A stretch of 63,690 nt of DNA, the filler included, from Welwitschia mirabilis (taxonomy: Eukaryota): assembly GCA_051453625.1 (NCBI GenBank). It is 5 parts of one record of this genome, joined end to end, with 100 filler letters (N's around TTAATTAATTAA, not from the genome) between each part and the next. Parts side by side here need not be neighbours in the genome. Positions count along the whole stretch, not along the records: positions 44,445 to 57,595 come from JBOZIK010000001.1; positions 57,696 to 59,813 come from JBOZIK010000001.1; positions 59,914 to 63,690 come from JBOZIK010000001.1; 2 more parts are not named here. One strand, 5' to 3'. Below, piece by piece: positions 51,651 to 62,900 of this stretch (positions are counted from its first letter, which is position 1; every line of letters starts with the position of its first letter). A model generated the notes under the pieces. That model searched no databases and had not been told where the DNA came from. It was given only the letters and a program-made list of their open reading frames with translations. Made by a program: the position numbers and the translations under genes.

Positions 51651-54600
51651 TTGTATAACATCACTTGATTAAAGAGAAAGTAAGAACATACTAGAGTTAG
51701 CTTTTCATAATGATTCAATATAAATAAATAGTTTTAATCACAAGGATGAAGAAGTAAAATCTATTAATAAGAAAGAAGTTCAATATGTGAACTTAAGTGA
51801 TAAATTTTCTTATAAGCATCATCGTCCACTCTAATTATCTAGATGAAGTTACAGATGGCAATTAGAAAAATTAAAATTCAACAAAAGAACAATAAGAATA
51901 ATGAAAAAAGGAATGATACAATTATTGATTAAAAAAAAGTACAAAACATATCTAATACAGTAAGAATAAAAACAATAATAAGAAGAGAAGGAATAATGAA
52001 GAACCTATAGAATCTCAAATAACCTTAATAAAAAATAGATTTAACTTTTCCAATACATCAATCCAACTTAAAGAGTCTAACCATGTGTCTCCATTCTATT
52101 CTTTTAAAAATAATCAAAGTAACATCTTTCCAACTTCTACCAAGTCCACTTTAGCTTATGCCTCTATTAATAATTCTTTTTAAAAGTATGACTTGAAATA
52201 TCTTAGACTTCTAAATTTTAGAAAATGTTATTTTCTTTATAATCCATACTTAGAGCTAAGACTTATAAAACTTATTCAGTATATTAAACTTACCTTCATT
52301 ATTCATCCTAAGAACATAGTACCATTAATATTTTTAATTCTCAATATTAATCTTTAAATAAAATATATATTTGTAATTCTTTATACCATGAATTTCATAA
52401 GATATTTTTCTTCCATTAACTATATGAACTTTTTATCTCTCATGTTGTAAATAAATCCTATGAAATCAAAATGTTATCTTATTATGCATGTATACCCTTT
52501 ATGTTTTATCAATTGGTTGCTATTTTATTTGGTCCTTATTTTTTGGAGAAAGTACAACACCCCAGGATCATAGCCTTAGGAAAATAAACATTTATTATTT
52601 TTTCAAATAAAGTGTTGAATAGGATTTAGGATTTAAATAAAACTTTTTTTTAGTTTGTTTGGGTATTTTTCTCTGGTTTTATGTTGTTATGTTTTTTCAT
52701 TGGTTTTTATTTTTTTATTTTTACACAACAAGTTAACCTCTCAATGGTTAGGTATTTATCTGTTAGAGAAAGTACATCTTAATGGCTTGGTTAAGATTTA
52801 TGATTTAAACAGTAGGAGAATTCAAAAAATGGATAAATGTTAAAAATCTATGAGTTATTAAATATTGAACATGATAGAAGCACTTGTCTTGGAAGTTCTC
52901 CTATCATTATCTGAATTCTTTCTTAGCTGATTCTTTTAGTGGACATCATGCTATTACTTGAACATTTTTAACTTGACTTATGTTTCACTTTATGAAGTTA
53001 TTATGACTAGTAATTTTTACTTGGACATTTAAAAGTGATAATATTAGATTCACATAATTTTAAGACATTTACATATCTATGAACTTCATTTAGAAAGAAG
53101 ATGCTTTGGGTTTTTGTTTTCTCTCTTAATAGTATAAGTCTTTAGTTGTTTGGTGTGTTCTTTCTTGTTCTTCATCTAATTTCTTTACCTCGTCTTTGAG
53201 AGTGTATGGTTATGTGGAATTTAGTTTTCAATTAAAATAAAAAAAGAACAAAAATAATGACTATGATCTATTACATCTATGCTAAATACATTGTCACCAT
53301 AATTTCCTACTGCAAAGAGATAAAATTTTCCCAAAATGGATGATAACTATGGGAACTCCACTAGGGGTTAGTTAGCCATGCTTCATGAGTCCTTACTTCT
53401 CTAACTATGGTTGTACTCCCCTAATTATGAAAAAATAATTATTATTTTTGAGGCTATAAGATCAGTGATATTTCTACTATCATAATAGGTATTAATTATT
53501 TGCTAGACTTCTTAAGCCTATAATATTCCCCCATAATCATTTTACTTTTGAGGATTTAAATGTATCTTGGCCTGTGAGTAGGTGAGTCAATTTATGAGTA
53601 GCTTTTGATCTTATCATTCATTGATTAAGAACATTAGTTACTTGACATCATCATAATTACTACCTATTTAAGTGAAACTTTATGAAGTTTTTGCATTATG
53701 TTATGCATCATTAATCAAGTGATTTTATGATTTCTTTCATGGGGGTTTGCTAGATTAGAATTTACAGTAGGTACACAATATTTTTCATGTTTTTAATTAT
53801 CAATTTTTGTTTTGTTTTCCTTATAGGTTCTATTTGGTATTTCAAGGTCATTTTCGTACTTTTTTATTAGAAATACTTAGGACTTAATTATTTAGTAGTT
53901 TTCATGTGGATTTTTATTTTTGCTCACAGTTTTTATTTTTAGGAATTGATTTTTTTAGCAAATTATACTTATTTAGTTTATGATCATAATTTTACCCATA
54001 TATTCTTTTAGTATCTTTTTGAGTTTAGATATTTAATATTCTTTTTGAGTTTTATTGCATTCAATAATTATGAGTTCATGGCACATATCATAATCTTTCT
54101 TATTTTTGTGCATTATCATTACCCTATTCTGACACCTCTTTCTCTCAGCTTAAGTNNNNNNNNNNNNNNNNNNNNNNNNNNNNNNNNNNNNNNNNNNNNN
54201 NNNNNNNNNNNNNNNNNNNNNNNNNNNNNNNNNNNNNNNNNNNNNNNNNNNNNNNAATTGTGAGTTCATGTTACATATCATAATCTTTCTTATTTTGGTG
54301 CATTATCATTACCCTATTATGACACCTCTTTCTCTCACCTTAAGTTATTCTCAAAATTTACCTCCTTTGTCATGCCTTTTTTTATCATGATTCTTAGTTA
54401 TTTCCCATCTTTTAAACTTTCTGCTAACTTTTTGCAATCTCCACGATACCATATCACTTTAACTTATTCTGTTGATACTTTTATNNNNNNNNNNNNNNNN
54501 NNNNNNNNNNNNNNNNNNNNNNNNNNNNNNNNNNNNNNNNNNNNNNNNNNNNNNNNNNNNNNNNNNNNNNNNNNNNNNNNNNNNATTTCCCATCTTTTGA

Positions 54601-55940
54601 ACTTTCTGCTAACTTTTTGCAATCTCCATGATACCATCTAAGTTTAACTTATTCTGTTGATACTTTTATTTTTTCTAATACTTTCATCTTTTTTCCTAAT
54701 CTTTTTAAAGCCCTGTCATATACCTTTTTGTCTAGATGACCTAGCAAGATAATGCATTGATATTTTTTGAGAATCATCATTTTTATGTTTCATCTTTTTT
54801 CAACTATTTTTGATCCTTTTTTCATTCAAATGCTACTACTCCAAGTCTTACCTATTTTGATTACTTATAATTAACTTGAATTTCATCTTTTCCCTNNNNN
54901 NNNNNNNNNNNNNNNNNNNNNNNNNNNNNNNNNNNNNNNNNNNNNNNNNNNNNNNNNNNNNNNNNNNNNNNNNNNNNNNNNNNNNNNNNNNNNNNACTAT
55001 TTCTGATCCTTTTTTCATGCAAAGGCTACTACTCCAAGTCTCACCTATTTTGATTACTTATAATTAATTTGAATTTCATCTTTTCCCTTCTTACATTAAT
55101 GCAATATGAAACATGTTAATTCAACTGGGGGGAGGAAGCGGGAAAGACATATATTTTAAAATATTTTGAATAAAATTTTTAAATTTTAAGAATTATTTTT
55201 AAATTTTCATGATATATATATCTATAATGTACTAGTCTAATTATGATCGCCTATTATTGGATTGATATGCATTATGAATATTGTCTAATAAATCATGTAC
55301 TAGACAACAGAATAATTCTAGTTTGTTTTTCCTACAAGAAAAGCTTAAGTAATTCATTAGATCATGAATGAGAAAAATAATGTTTATATTTATTTATCTT
55401 TGATATATTTTTCTTTGTAGTTTTTGCTTTAAAACTTAATGTTTGATTTATGAATACCATTTTTGAGTTATTACTCTTTCTAATTATACATGCACATCAT
55501 TTATCTAGGCTATCATGGTTATACTTCATGATAATTCTCTTTTTATGACATTTAATCTTTATTTCTTCAATGTGCTAAATGTTTTAAGTGGAGGACTAAT
55601 GCAATAGTAAGTGTTTTGATTTTATTTTATTATGAACACAATTGTAGGCATTTGATTTGATAGTTTTATTTTAAAAATCTTTTCATCCCAATAATTATCT
55701 GGATAACATATCAGACAATAACATGACTACATTATCTACCAAAGTAAAACATTCAATTTATTAAATTTTGAAATTTGATCTTACCTAATGAGATTTATGA
55801 GCTTGATTTACATATCCCTAGATAATGTTTATCTTAATCAATTTGGCTTACAATTATAATTGTTTACCTACTTTATTAGGAACTGACAAGGATAAGTGGG
55901 GGATTATGTTACAATGTGTTACAGTGTGAATTTATGCAAT

Positions 55941-57581
55941 TGTTGCGGTATGAAGTTATGTAATCCTAAAGATCTTTAAGTAAACCTATAAATCAAATAA
56001 CTTATAGAAAAACACACACTAGTATAGACAGAAGTTCACCCGAATGTCATAATCCCAATGAATACACTAGACTCAGAGTTAGAGAATTGATTTCCAAAGG
56101 TAGTTTTTGGTTTTTTATCTTTTACTAACTGAAAGTAAATAATAAAGTAAATGCAATGCAAGTAAATGAAGATAAAATAAAAGTGCATGGAAGTGGAATT
56201 GAGATGGATTCACTTGGTTTCTAATCCTTTTATCATAAGGACTAGCTTCTAGCCTTTCTGTCACNNNNNNNNNNNNNNNNNNNNNNNNNNNNNNNNNNNN
56301 NNNNNNNNNNNNNNNNNNNNNNNNNNNNNNNNNNNNNNNNNNNNNNNNNNNNNNNNNNNNNNNNCTAACTGAAAGTAAATAATAAAGTAAATTCAATGCA
56401 AGTAAATGAAGATAAAATAAAAGTGCATGGAAGTGAAATTAAGATGGATTCACTTGGTTTCTAATCCTTTTATCATAAGGACTAGCTTCTAGCCTTTCTG
56501 TTACAAAGAATATCCTTTATATAATTCATATTAATCAAGAAGAGTATCTACTAATTCTTAATCAACATAAAATATGAGATATACCAAGTATAATATGCAA
56601 TATGTAATATAAATGAAATAGAAATGCAATGCAAACCTACTACTAATCAAGGTCAACTTAACAAAGATTGACCTTATGATCTAAATAAATCAAAGCTCGT
56701 CATTAACTAAGATCAACTTCAGCCATAAGGAACATTCATAGAATTAGAGTGAAAAGAGTAATTGTATTAGTCAAAAAAATTTACATCCATTTANNNNNNN
56801 NNNNNNNNNNNNNNNNNNNNNNNNNNNNNNNNNNNNNNNNNNNNNNNNNNNNNNNNNNNNNNNNNNNNNNNNNNNNNNNNNNNNNNNNNNNNNNNNNNNN
56901 NNNNNNNNNNNNNNNNNNNNNNNNNNNNNNNNNNNNNNNNNNNNNNNNNNNNNNNNNNNNNNNNNNNNNNNNNNNNNNNNNNNNNNNNNNNNNNNNNNNN
57001 NNNNNNNNNNNNNNNNNNNNNNNNNNNNNNNNNNNNNNNNNNNNNNNNNNNNNNNNNNNNNNNNNNNNNNNNNNNNNNNNNNNNNNNNNNNNNNNNNNNN
57101 NNNNNNNNNNNNNNNNNNNNNNNNNNNNNNNNNNNNNNNNNNNNNNNNNNNNNNNNNNNNNNNNNNNNNNNNNNNNNNNNNNNNNNNNNNNNNNNNNNNN
57201 NNNNNNNNNNNNNNNNNNNNNNNNNNNNNNNNNNNNNNNNNNNNNNNNNNNNNNNNNNNNNNNAGTGTTGTCCATGTGCTGCTCCTATGTATTTATCATA
57301 ATGAGCTATCGTCCTGACTGTCCTAGGGATGACAATGGAAACGACACTCTTCCCAAGATCCTCAAGTAGTGTAAACTGGGATTCTTCATCTTTAGTCCTC
57401 CTTTAATATGCTAAGTATTAGAACATGCCTGAAATACCTCTAATTATGCTAAGAATTATATGTTTTCATGATTATCTTGTTATCTCTCCATAATTAGCAG
57501 AATTACATCTAAACCTGTATAAATGTATTATAAAATTACTCCAAATACACCACCAAATTCCTACAAATTAGCATCACAACA
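55941..57581 (-). repeat. 3' LTR of a minus-strand Athila-type element (contains gaps)
   Basis: The minus strand reads PPT TAAGTAGAGGGCTA (57595-57582), then TGTTGTGATGCTAA...CATACCGCAACA. Homologous to 34257-35647. Confidence 0.85.
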
Positions 57582-57695
57582 TAGCCCTCTACTTANNNNN
57601 NNNNNNNNNNNNNNNNNNNNNNNNNNNNNNNNNNNNNNNTTAATTAATTAANNNNNNNNNNNNNNNNNNNNNNNNNNNNNNNNNNNNNNNNNNNN

Positions 57696-57939
57696 AATGA
57701 ATGCCATTTATACTTTGTAATGCCCCTAGATCCTTCCAATGAGCCATGATGGGAATATTCTCTGATATGATAGAATATTTTATTGAAATATTTATGGATG
57801 ATTTCTCCATCTTTGGTAATACTTTTGAATAAACTATGCTAAGATTAAAAAAGACCTTGATTGATGTATTTAAAGTGGGTTACACTTGAGTTGGAAAAAG
57901 AGTTTCTTCCTTATCCAACATGGAATTGTTTTGGGTCAT
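57696..57939 (+). pseudogene. pol: Reverse transcriptase fragment (Athila type)
   Basis: MPFILCNAPRSFQ*AMMGIFSDMIEYFIEIFMDDFSIFG, containing the FMDD catalytic motif. Confidence 0.92.
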
Positions 57940-58827
57940 NNNNNNNNNNNNNNNNNNNNNNNNNNNNNNNNNNNNNNNNNNNNNNNNNNNNNNNNNNNNN
58001 NNNNNNNNNNNNNNNNNNNNNNNNNNNNNNNNNNNNNNNNNNNNNNNNNNNNNNNNNNNNNNNNNNNNNNNNNNNNNNNNNNNNNNNNNNNNNNNNNNNN
58101 NNNNNNNNNNNNNNNNNNNNNNNNNNNNNNNNNNNNNNNNNNNNNNNNNNNNNNNNNNNNNNNNNNNNNNNNNNNNNNNNNNNNNNNNNNNNNNNNNNNN
58201 NNNNNNNNNNNNNNNNNNNNNNNNNNNNNNNNNNNNNNNNNNNNNNNNNNNNNNNNNNNNNNNNNNNNNNNNNNNNNNNNNNNNNNNNNNNNNNNNNNNN
58301 NNNNNNNNNNNNNNNNNNNNNNNNNNNNNNNNNNNNNNNNNNNNNNNNNNNNNNNNNNNNNNNNNNNNNNNNNNNNNNNNNNNNNNNNNNNNNNNNNNNN
58401 NNNNNNNNNNNNNNNNNNNNNNNNNNNNNNNNNNNNNNNNNNNNNNNNNNNNNNNNNNNNNNNNNNNNNNNNNNNNNNNNNNNNNNNNNNNNNNNNNNNN
58501 NNNNNNNNNNNNNNNNNNNNNNNNNNNNNNNNNNNNNNNNNNNNNNNNNNNNNNNNNNNNNNNNNNNNNNNNNNNNNNNNNNNNNNNNNNNNNNNNNNNN
58601 NNNNNNNNNNNNNNNNNNNNNNNNNNNNNNNNNNNNNNNNNNNNNNNNNNNNNNNNNNNNNNNNNNNNNNNNNNNNNNNNNNNNNNNNNNNNNNNNNNNN
58701 NNNNNNNNNNNNNNNNNNNNNNNNNNNNNNNNNNNNNNNNNNNNNNNNNNNNNNNNNNNNNNNNNNNNNNNNNNNNNNNNNNNNNNNNNNNNNNNNNNNN
58801 NNNNNNNNNNNNNNNNNNNNNNNNNNN

Positions 58828-59813
58828 ATTTAAAACCTTTGTCATGGTGGAGTTTGTGGGGGATACTTTAGTGGCCACAAAACCACCATGAAAATTATTC
58901 ACTTTAGTTTTTATTGGTTAAATCTTTTAAGGATTTATTTGACTTTTCTCAGAAGTGAGATGCTTGATAACGTTATGGTAGCCTAAATCATTCTCATGAT
59001 GTACCTCTTAAACCTATACTTGAATGTAAACCTTTTGATTATTGGAGAATCAACTTTGTAGGTACAATTTCACCACCTTCTAATGAGAAAAATTATATTT
59101 TAATAGCTGTGAATTATGTTACTAAGTGGAATGAATCTGATCCTACCACCAAAAATGATGCCCAAATTGTTTGTAACTTTATTCAAACTCATATTTTTCA
59201 ATTGATTTGGATTTCCACATATTATAATTAGTGATCAAGGAATCCATTTCATTAATCACCTCTTTCAAAAACTTCTTTTATTTATTGGTGTTGAACATAA
59301 AGTTACTTGTGCTTATCATCCTTAAACCAATGATCTAGTCAAAAATCTAAATAGAGAGATCAAGAAAATGCTTCAAAAATNNNNNNNNNNNNNNNNNNNN
59401 NNNNNNNNNNNNNNNNNNNNNNNNNNNNNNNNNNNNNNNNNNNNNNNNNNNNNNNNNNNNNNNNNNNNNNNNNNNNNNNNTGTTTGTAACTTTATTCAAA
59501 CTCATATTTTTCAATTGATTTGGATTTCCACATATTATAATTAGTGATTAAGGAATCCATTTCATTAATCACCTCTTTCAAAAACTTCTTCTATTCATTG
59601 GTGTTGAACATAAAGTTACTTGTGCTTATCATCCTTAAACCAATGGTCTAGTCAAAAATGCAAATAGAGAGATCAAGAAAATGCTTCAAAAATTAGTCTC
59701 TATCAATAAAAAGACTTAGTCCTCTAAACTTAATGATGTTATTTGGGCTTACTGTACTACTTGGCATAACTCTTTAATCTTCTCACCCTATGAACTTGTG
59801 TACAATAAAGTGT
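58828..59813 (+). pseudogene. pol: Integrase fragment (zinc-binding region and DDE core)
   Basis: CHGGVCGGYFSGHKT; FDYWRINFVG; YILIAVNYVTKW; IISDQGIHF; AYHP*TNGLVKNANREIK. Part of it is duplicated across the 59381-59480 gap. Confidence 0.9.
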
Positions 59814-59913
59814 NNNNNNNNNNNNNNNNNNNNNNNNNNNNNNNNNNNNNNNNNNNNTTAATTAATTAANNNNNNNNNNNNNNNNNNNNNNNNNNNNNNN
59901 NNNNNNNNNNNNN

Positions 59914-62900
59914 GGGCAATGATTATGATGATGTCAAGTATATCTAATGTTATCAAATAATGAATGATAAGATAAAAAGCTATTAAAATACGAACTTATA
60001 AGATATCATCTCAAAACAATACTAGAATTCAGAAAAGTAAATTAATCATGTGGAAGTATTATAAATAAATAAAAATAAGTCTAGAAAACAAGTAATTTCT
60101 CTGATGACACTAGGAACATCACTGATCTCATATCCTCTAATTATAATTTTATTCTTACTATGATGAGGGGAGTGCAACCACTATCAGAGGAGTAAGGACT
60201 CATATAACATGACCAACTAACCCCTTAGTGGAGTTTTCACAGCTACCATACCACACTACCAAAGACCCCTCTTAGGAATATTTGCCCTAGTGCGCTTATG
60301 GTAGGACATCATGAGGGTTATATTTTAAGATATAACATGAAGGAGCATGGCCTTTATTATATATATATATATATATATTTCTTTTCTATTCTTTTCTTTT
60401 CTTTTCTTTTCTTTTTTTTTCCTTTGATACATAAATTCCACATGACCAAATACTCATAAGGATTAAAGTAAAGTGAGGAGATAAATAATAAGGAAAAACA
60501 TGCTAAAACAACTAATTACTTAGACCATTGAAATAAAACAAACAAATTAAGGCATCTTCCTTTAAAATGAAGTTCATAGACATATGAATGTCTAAAAATT
60601 GGATGAAGTCAATTTTATCATTGAAAATTCTCAAGTAAAAGATTTAGTAATCATGGTAACTTCATAAAGTAAAACATTAGTCAAGTTAAAAATATTCGAG
60701 TGATAGCATGATATTTACCAAGGAAATCAGCTAAAGAAGAATTCAGATAATGGTAGATCAAAAACATTCCAATACAAGTGCTTCTATCATATTCAAGATT
60801 AATCAATAAATAGTTCAATGANNNNNNNNNNNNNNNNNNNNNNNNNNNNNNNNNNNNNNNNNNNNNNNNNNNNNNNNNNNNNNNNNNNNNNNNNNNNNNN
60901 NNNNNNNNNNNNNNNNNNNNNNNNNNNNNNNNNNNNNNNNNNNNNNNNNNNNNNNNNNNNNNNNNNNNNNNNNNNNNNNNNNNNNNNNNNNNNNNNNNNN
61001 NNNNNNNNNNNNNNNNNNNNNNNNNNNNNNNNNNNNNNNNNNNNNNNNNNNNNNNNNNNNNNNNNNNNNNNNNNNNNNNNNNNNNNNNNNNNNNNNNNNN
61101 NNNNNNNNNNNNNNNNNNNNNNNNNNNNNNNNNNNNNNNNNNNNNNNNNNNNNNNNNNNNNNNNNNNNNNNNNNNNNNNNNNNNNNNNNNNNNNNNNNNN
61201 NNNNNNNNNNNNNNNNNNNNNNNNNNNNNNNNNNNNNNNNNNNNNNNNNNNNNNNNNNNNNNNNNNNNNNNNNNNNNNNNNNNNNNNNNNNNNNNNNNNN
61301 NNNNNNNNNNNNNNNNNNNNNNNNNNNNNNNNNNNNNNNNNNNNNNNNNNNNNNNNNNNNNNNNNNNNNNNNNNNNNNNNNNNNNNNNNNNNNNNNNNNN
61401 NNNNNNNNNNNNNNNNNNNNNNNNNNNNNNNNNNNNNNNNNNNNNNNNNNNNNNNNNNNNNNNNNNNNNNNNNNNNNNNNNNNNNNNNNNNNNNNNNNNN
61501 NNNNNNNNNNNNNNNNNNNNNNNNNNNNNNNNNNNNNNNNNNNNNNNNNNNNNNNNNNNNNNNNNNNNNNNNNNNNNNNNNNNNNNNNNNNNNNNNNNNN
61601 NNNNNNNNNNNNNNNNNNNNNNNNNNNNNNNNNNNNNNNNNNNNNNNNNNNNNNNNNNNNNNNNNNNNNNNNNNNNNNNNNNNNNNNNNNNNNNNNNNNN
61701 NNNNNNNNNNNNNNNNNNNNNNNNNNNNNNNNNNNNNNNNNNNNNNNNNNNNNNNATTTCAAGTCAAACTTTTAAAAAGAATAATCATTAAAAGCACCAG
61801 GTATAGTGAACTTGGAAAAAAAAGAATGAATGTGACTTTGAGGATCGCATGCATGTTTAAAAGGAAGAGATTGAGGGATAAGAGAAATAGACTTTTTAAA
61901 GTGATGGATGTTATGAGAGTTAAGAAAAGGAACATGGCCTTGAGAATTATATGAAGGTGTAATTAGAAGAGATAGAGAAAGTTTATCATTATCAAGGTTA
62001 TGAGGTAATGTAAAGTTGGAAGAAGAAGTGGAATAAGGAGTAAAGAGAAGGATGTAATTTGAAATTGTACATGAATGCAGAGATCCAAAGGATGTAGAAG
62101 TATGGGTAGAATAAACAAGTCTATTCTCTATGTAATTTAAATGAATCGCTATGGGTCCTTTATTAATTCCAAGTCCTTTACTAGTATTCATTTTATTAGT
62201 TGGTTCTATTGTACTTTCATCTTCATTGATTGTGACTATATCTTCCTTCTCTTATTGAAGATTACTCTCACTTTCTAAATGATTTGATTTATCAAAAAGA
62301 TTATCAATAGAAATAATGGCATCATCTTCAACATTGGTTGAAAATTTTTTAGTTTTCTCATGATTAGATTTTTCATCTCGATTATCTAAAAGAAGATGAA
62401 TGGCAGAGATATAATCTAATATCTCAATATCATCCTCTATTAAGTGGTCATCTTCATCCCAATTATTGACATGTTGAGTTGTATCATTATTGTCTACTTT
62501 TTTCTTATCTCTTAGTGAGTAGGATGTTGAAGTTTGATTGACCAATTTATCTTCAAGTTAAAAATAAGAAACATCATCATTAATAATATCTAAGTTCTCT
62601 TAATTTTCCTCAAGCTAGAATGGAGTGAAATAGTTGTGAGGATATTGTGNNNNNNNNNNNNNNNNNNNNNNNNNNNNNNNNNNNNNNNNNNNNNNNNNNN
62701 NNNNNNNNNNNNNNNNNNNNNNNNNNNNNNNNNNNNNNNNNNNNNNNNNNNNNNNNNNNNNNNNNNNNNNNNNNNNNNNNNNNNNNNNNNNNNNNNNNNN
62801 NNNNNNNNNNNNNNNNNNNNNNNNNNNNNNNNNNNNNNNNNNNNNNNNNNNNNNNNNNNNNNNNNNNNNNNNNNNNNNNNAGTTCTTACAATATGGTGAA

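Larger units (their letters stand above)
47548..55916 (+). mobile_element. Non-autonomous Athila-type element: LTR-PBS-gag-protease-long 3' non-coding-PPT-(truncated 3' LTR)
   Basis: LTR 47548-48755, PBS TCTTGGTGCCATTACTGAGAAAGG at 48756-48779, gag ~49500-50900, protease ~51190-51600. No RT, RNase H or integrase motifs in the gap-free stretch 47548-54155. PPT TAAGTGGGGGATTA at 55893-55906, then TGTTACAATG, identical to the 5' LTR start. Confidence 0.82.

Noticed and set aside
21951..61954. Long ORFs (200-378 aa) in the ORF track
   Set aside because: They consist almost wholly of X because they read through N gaps. They are not genes.
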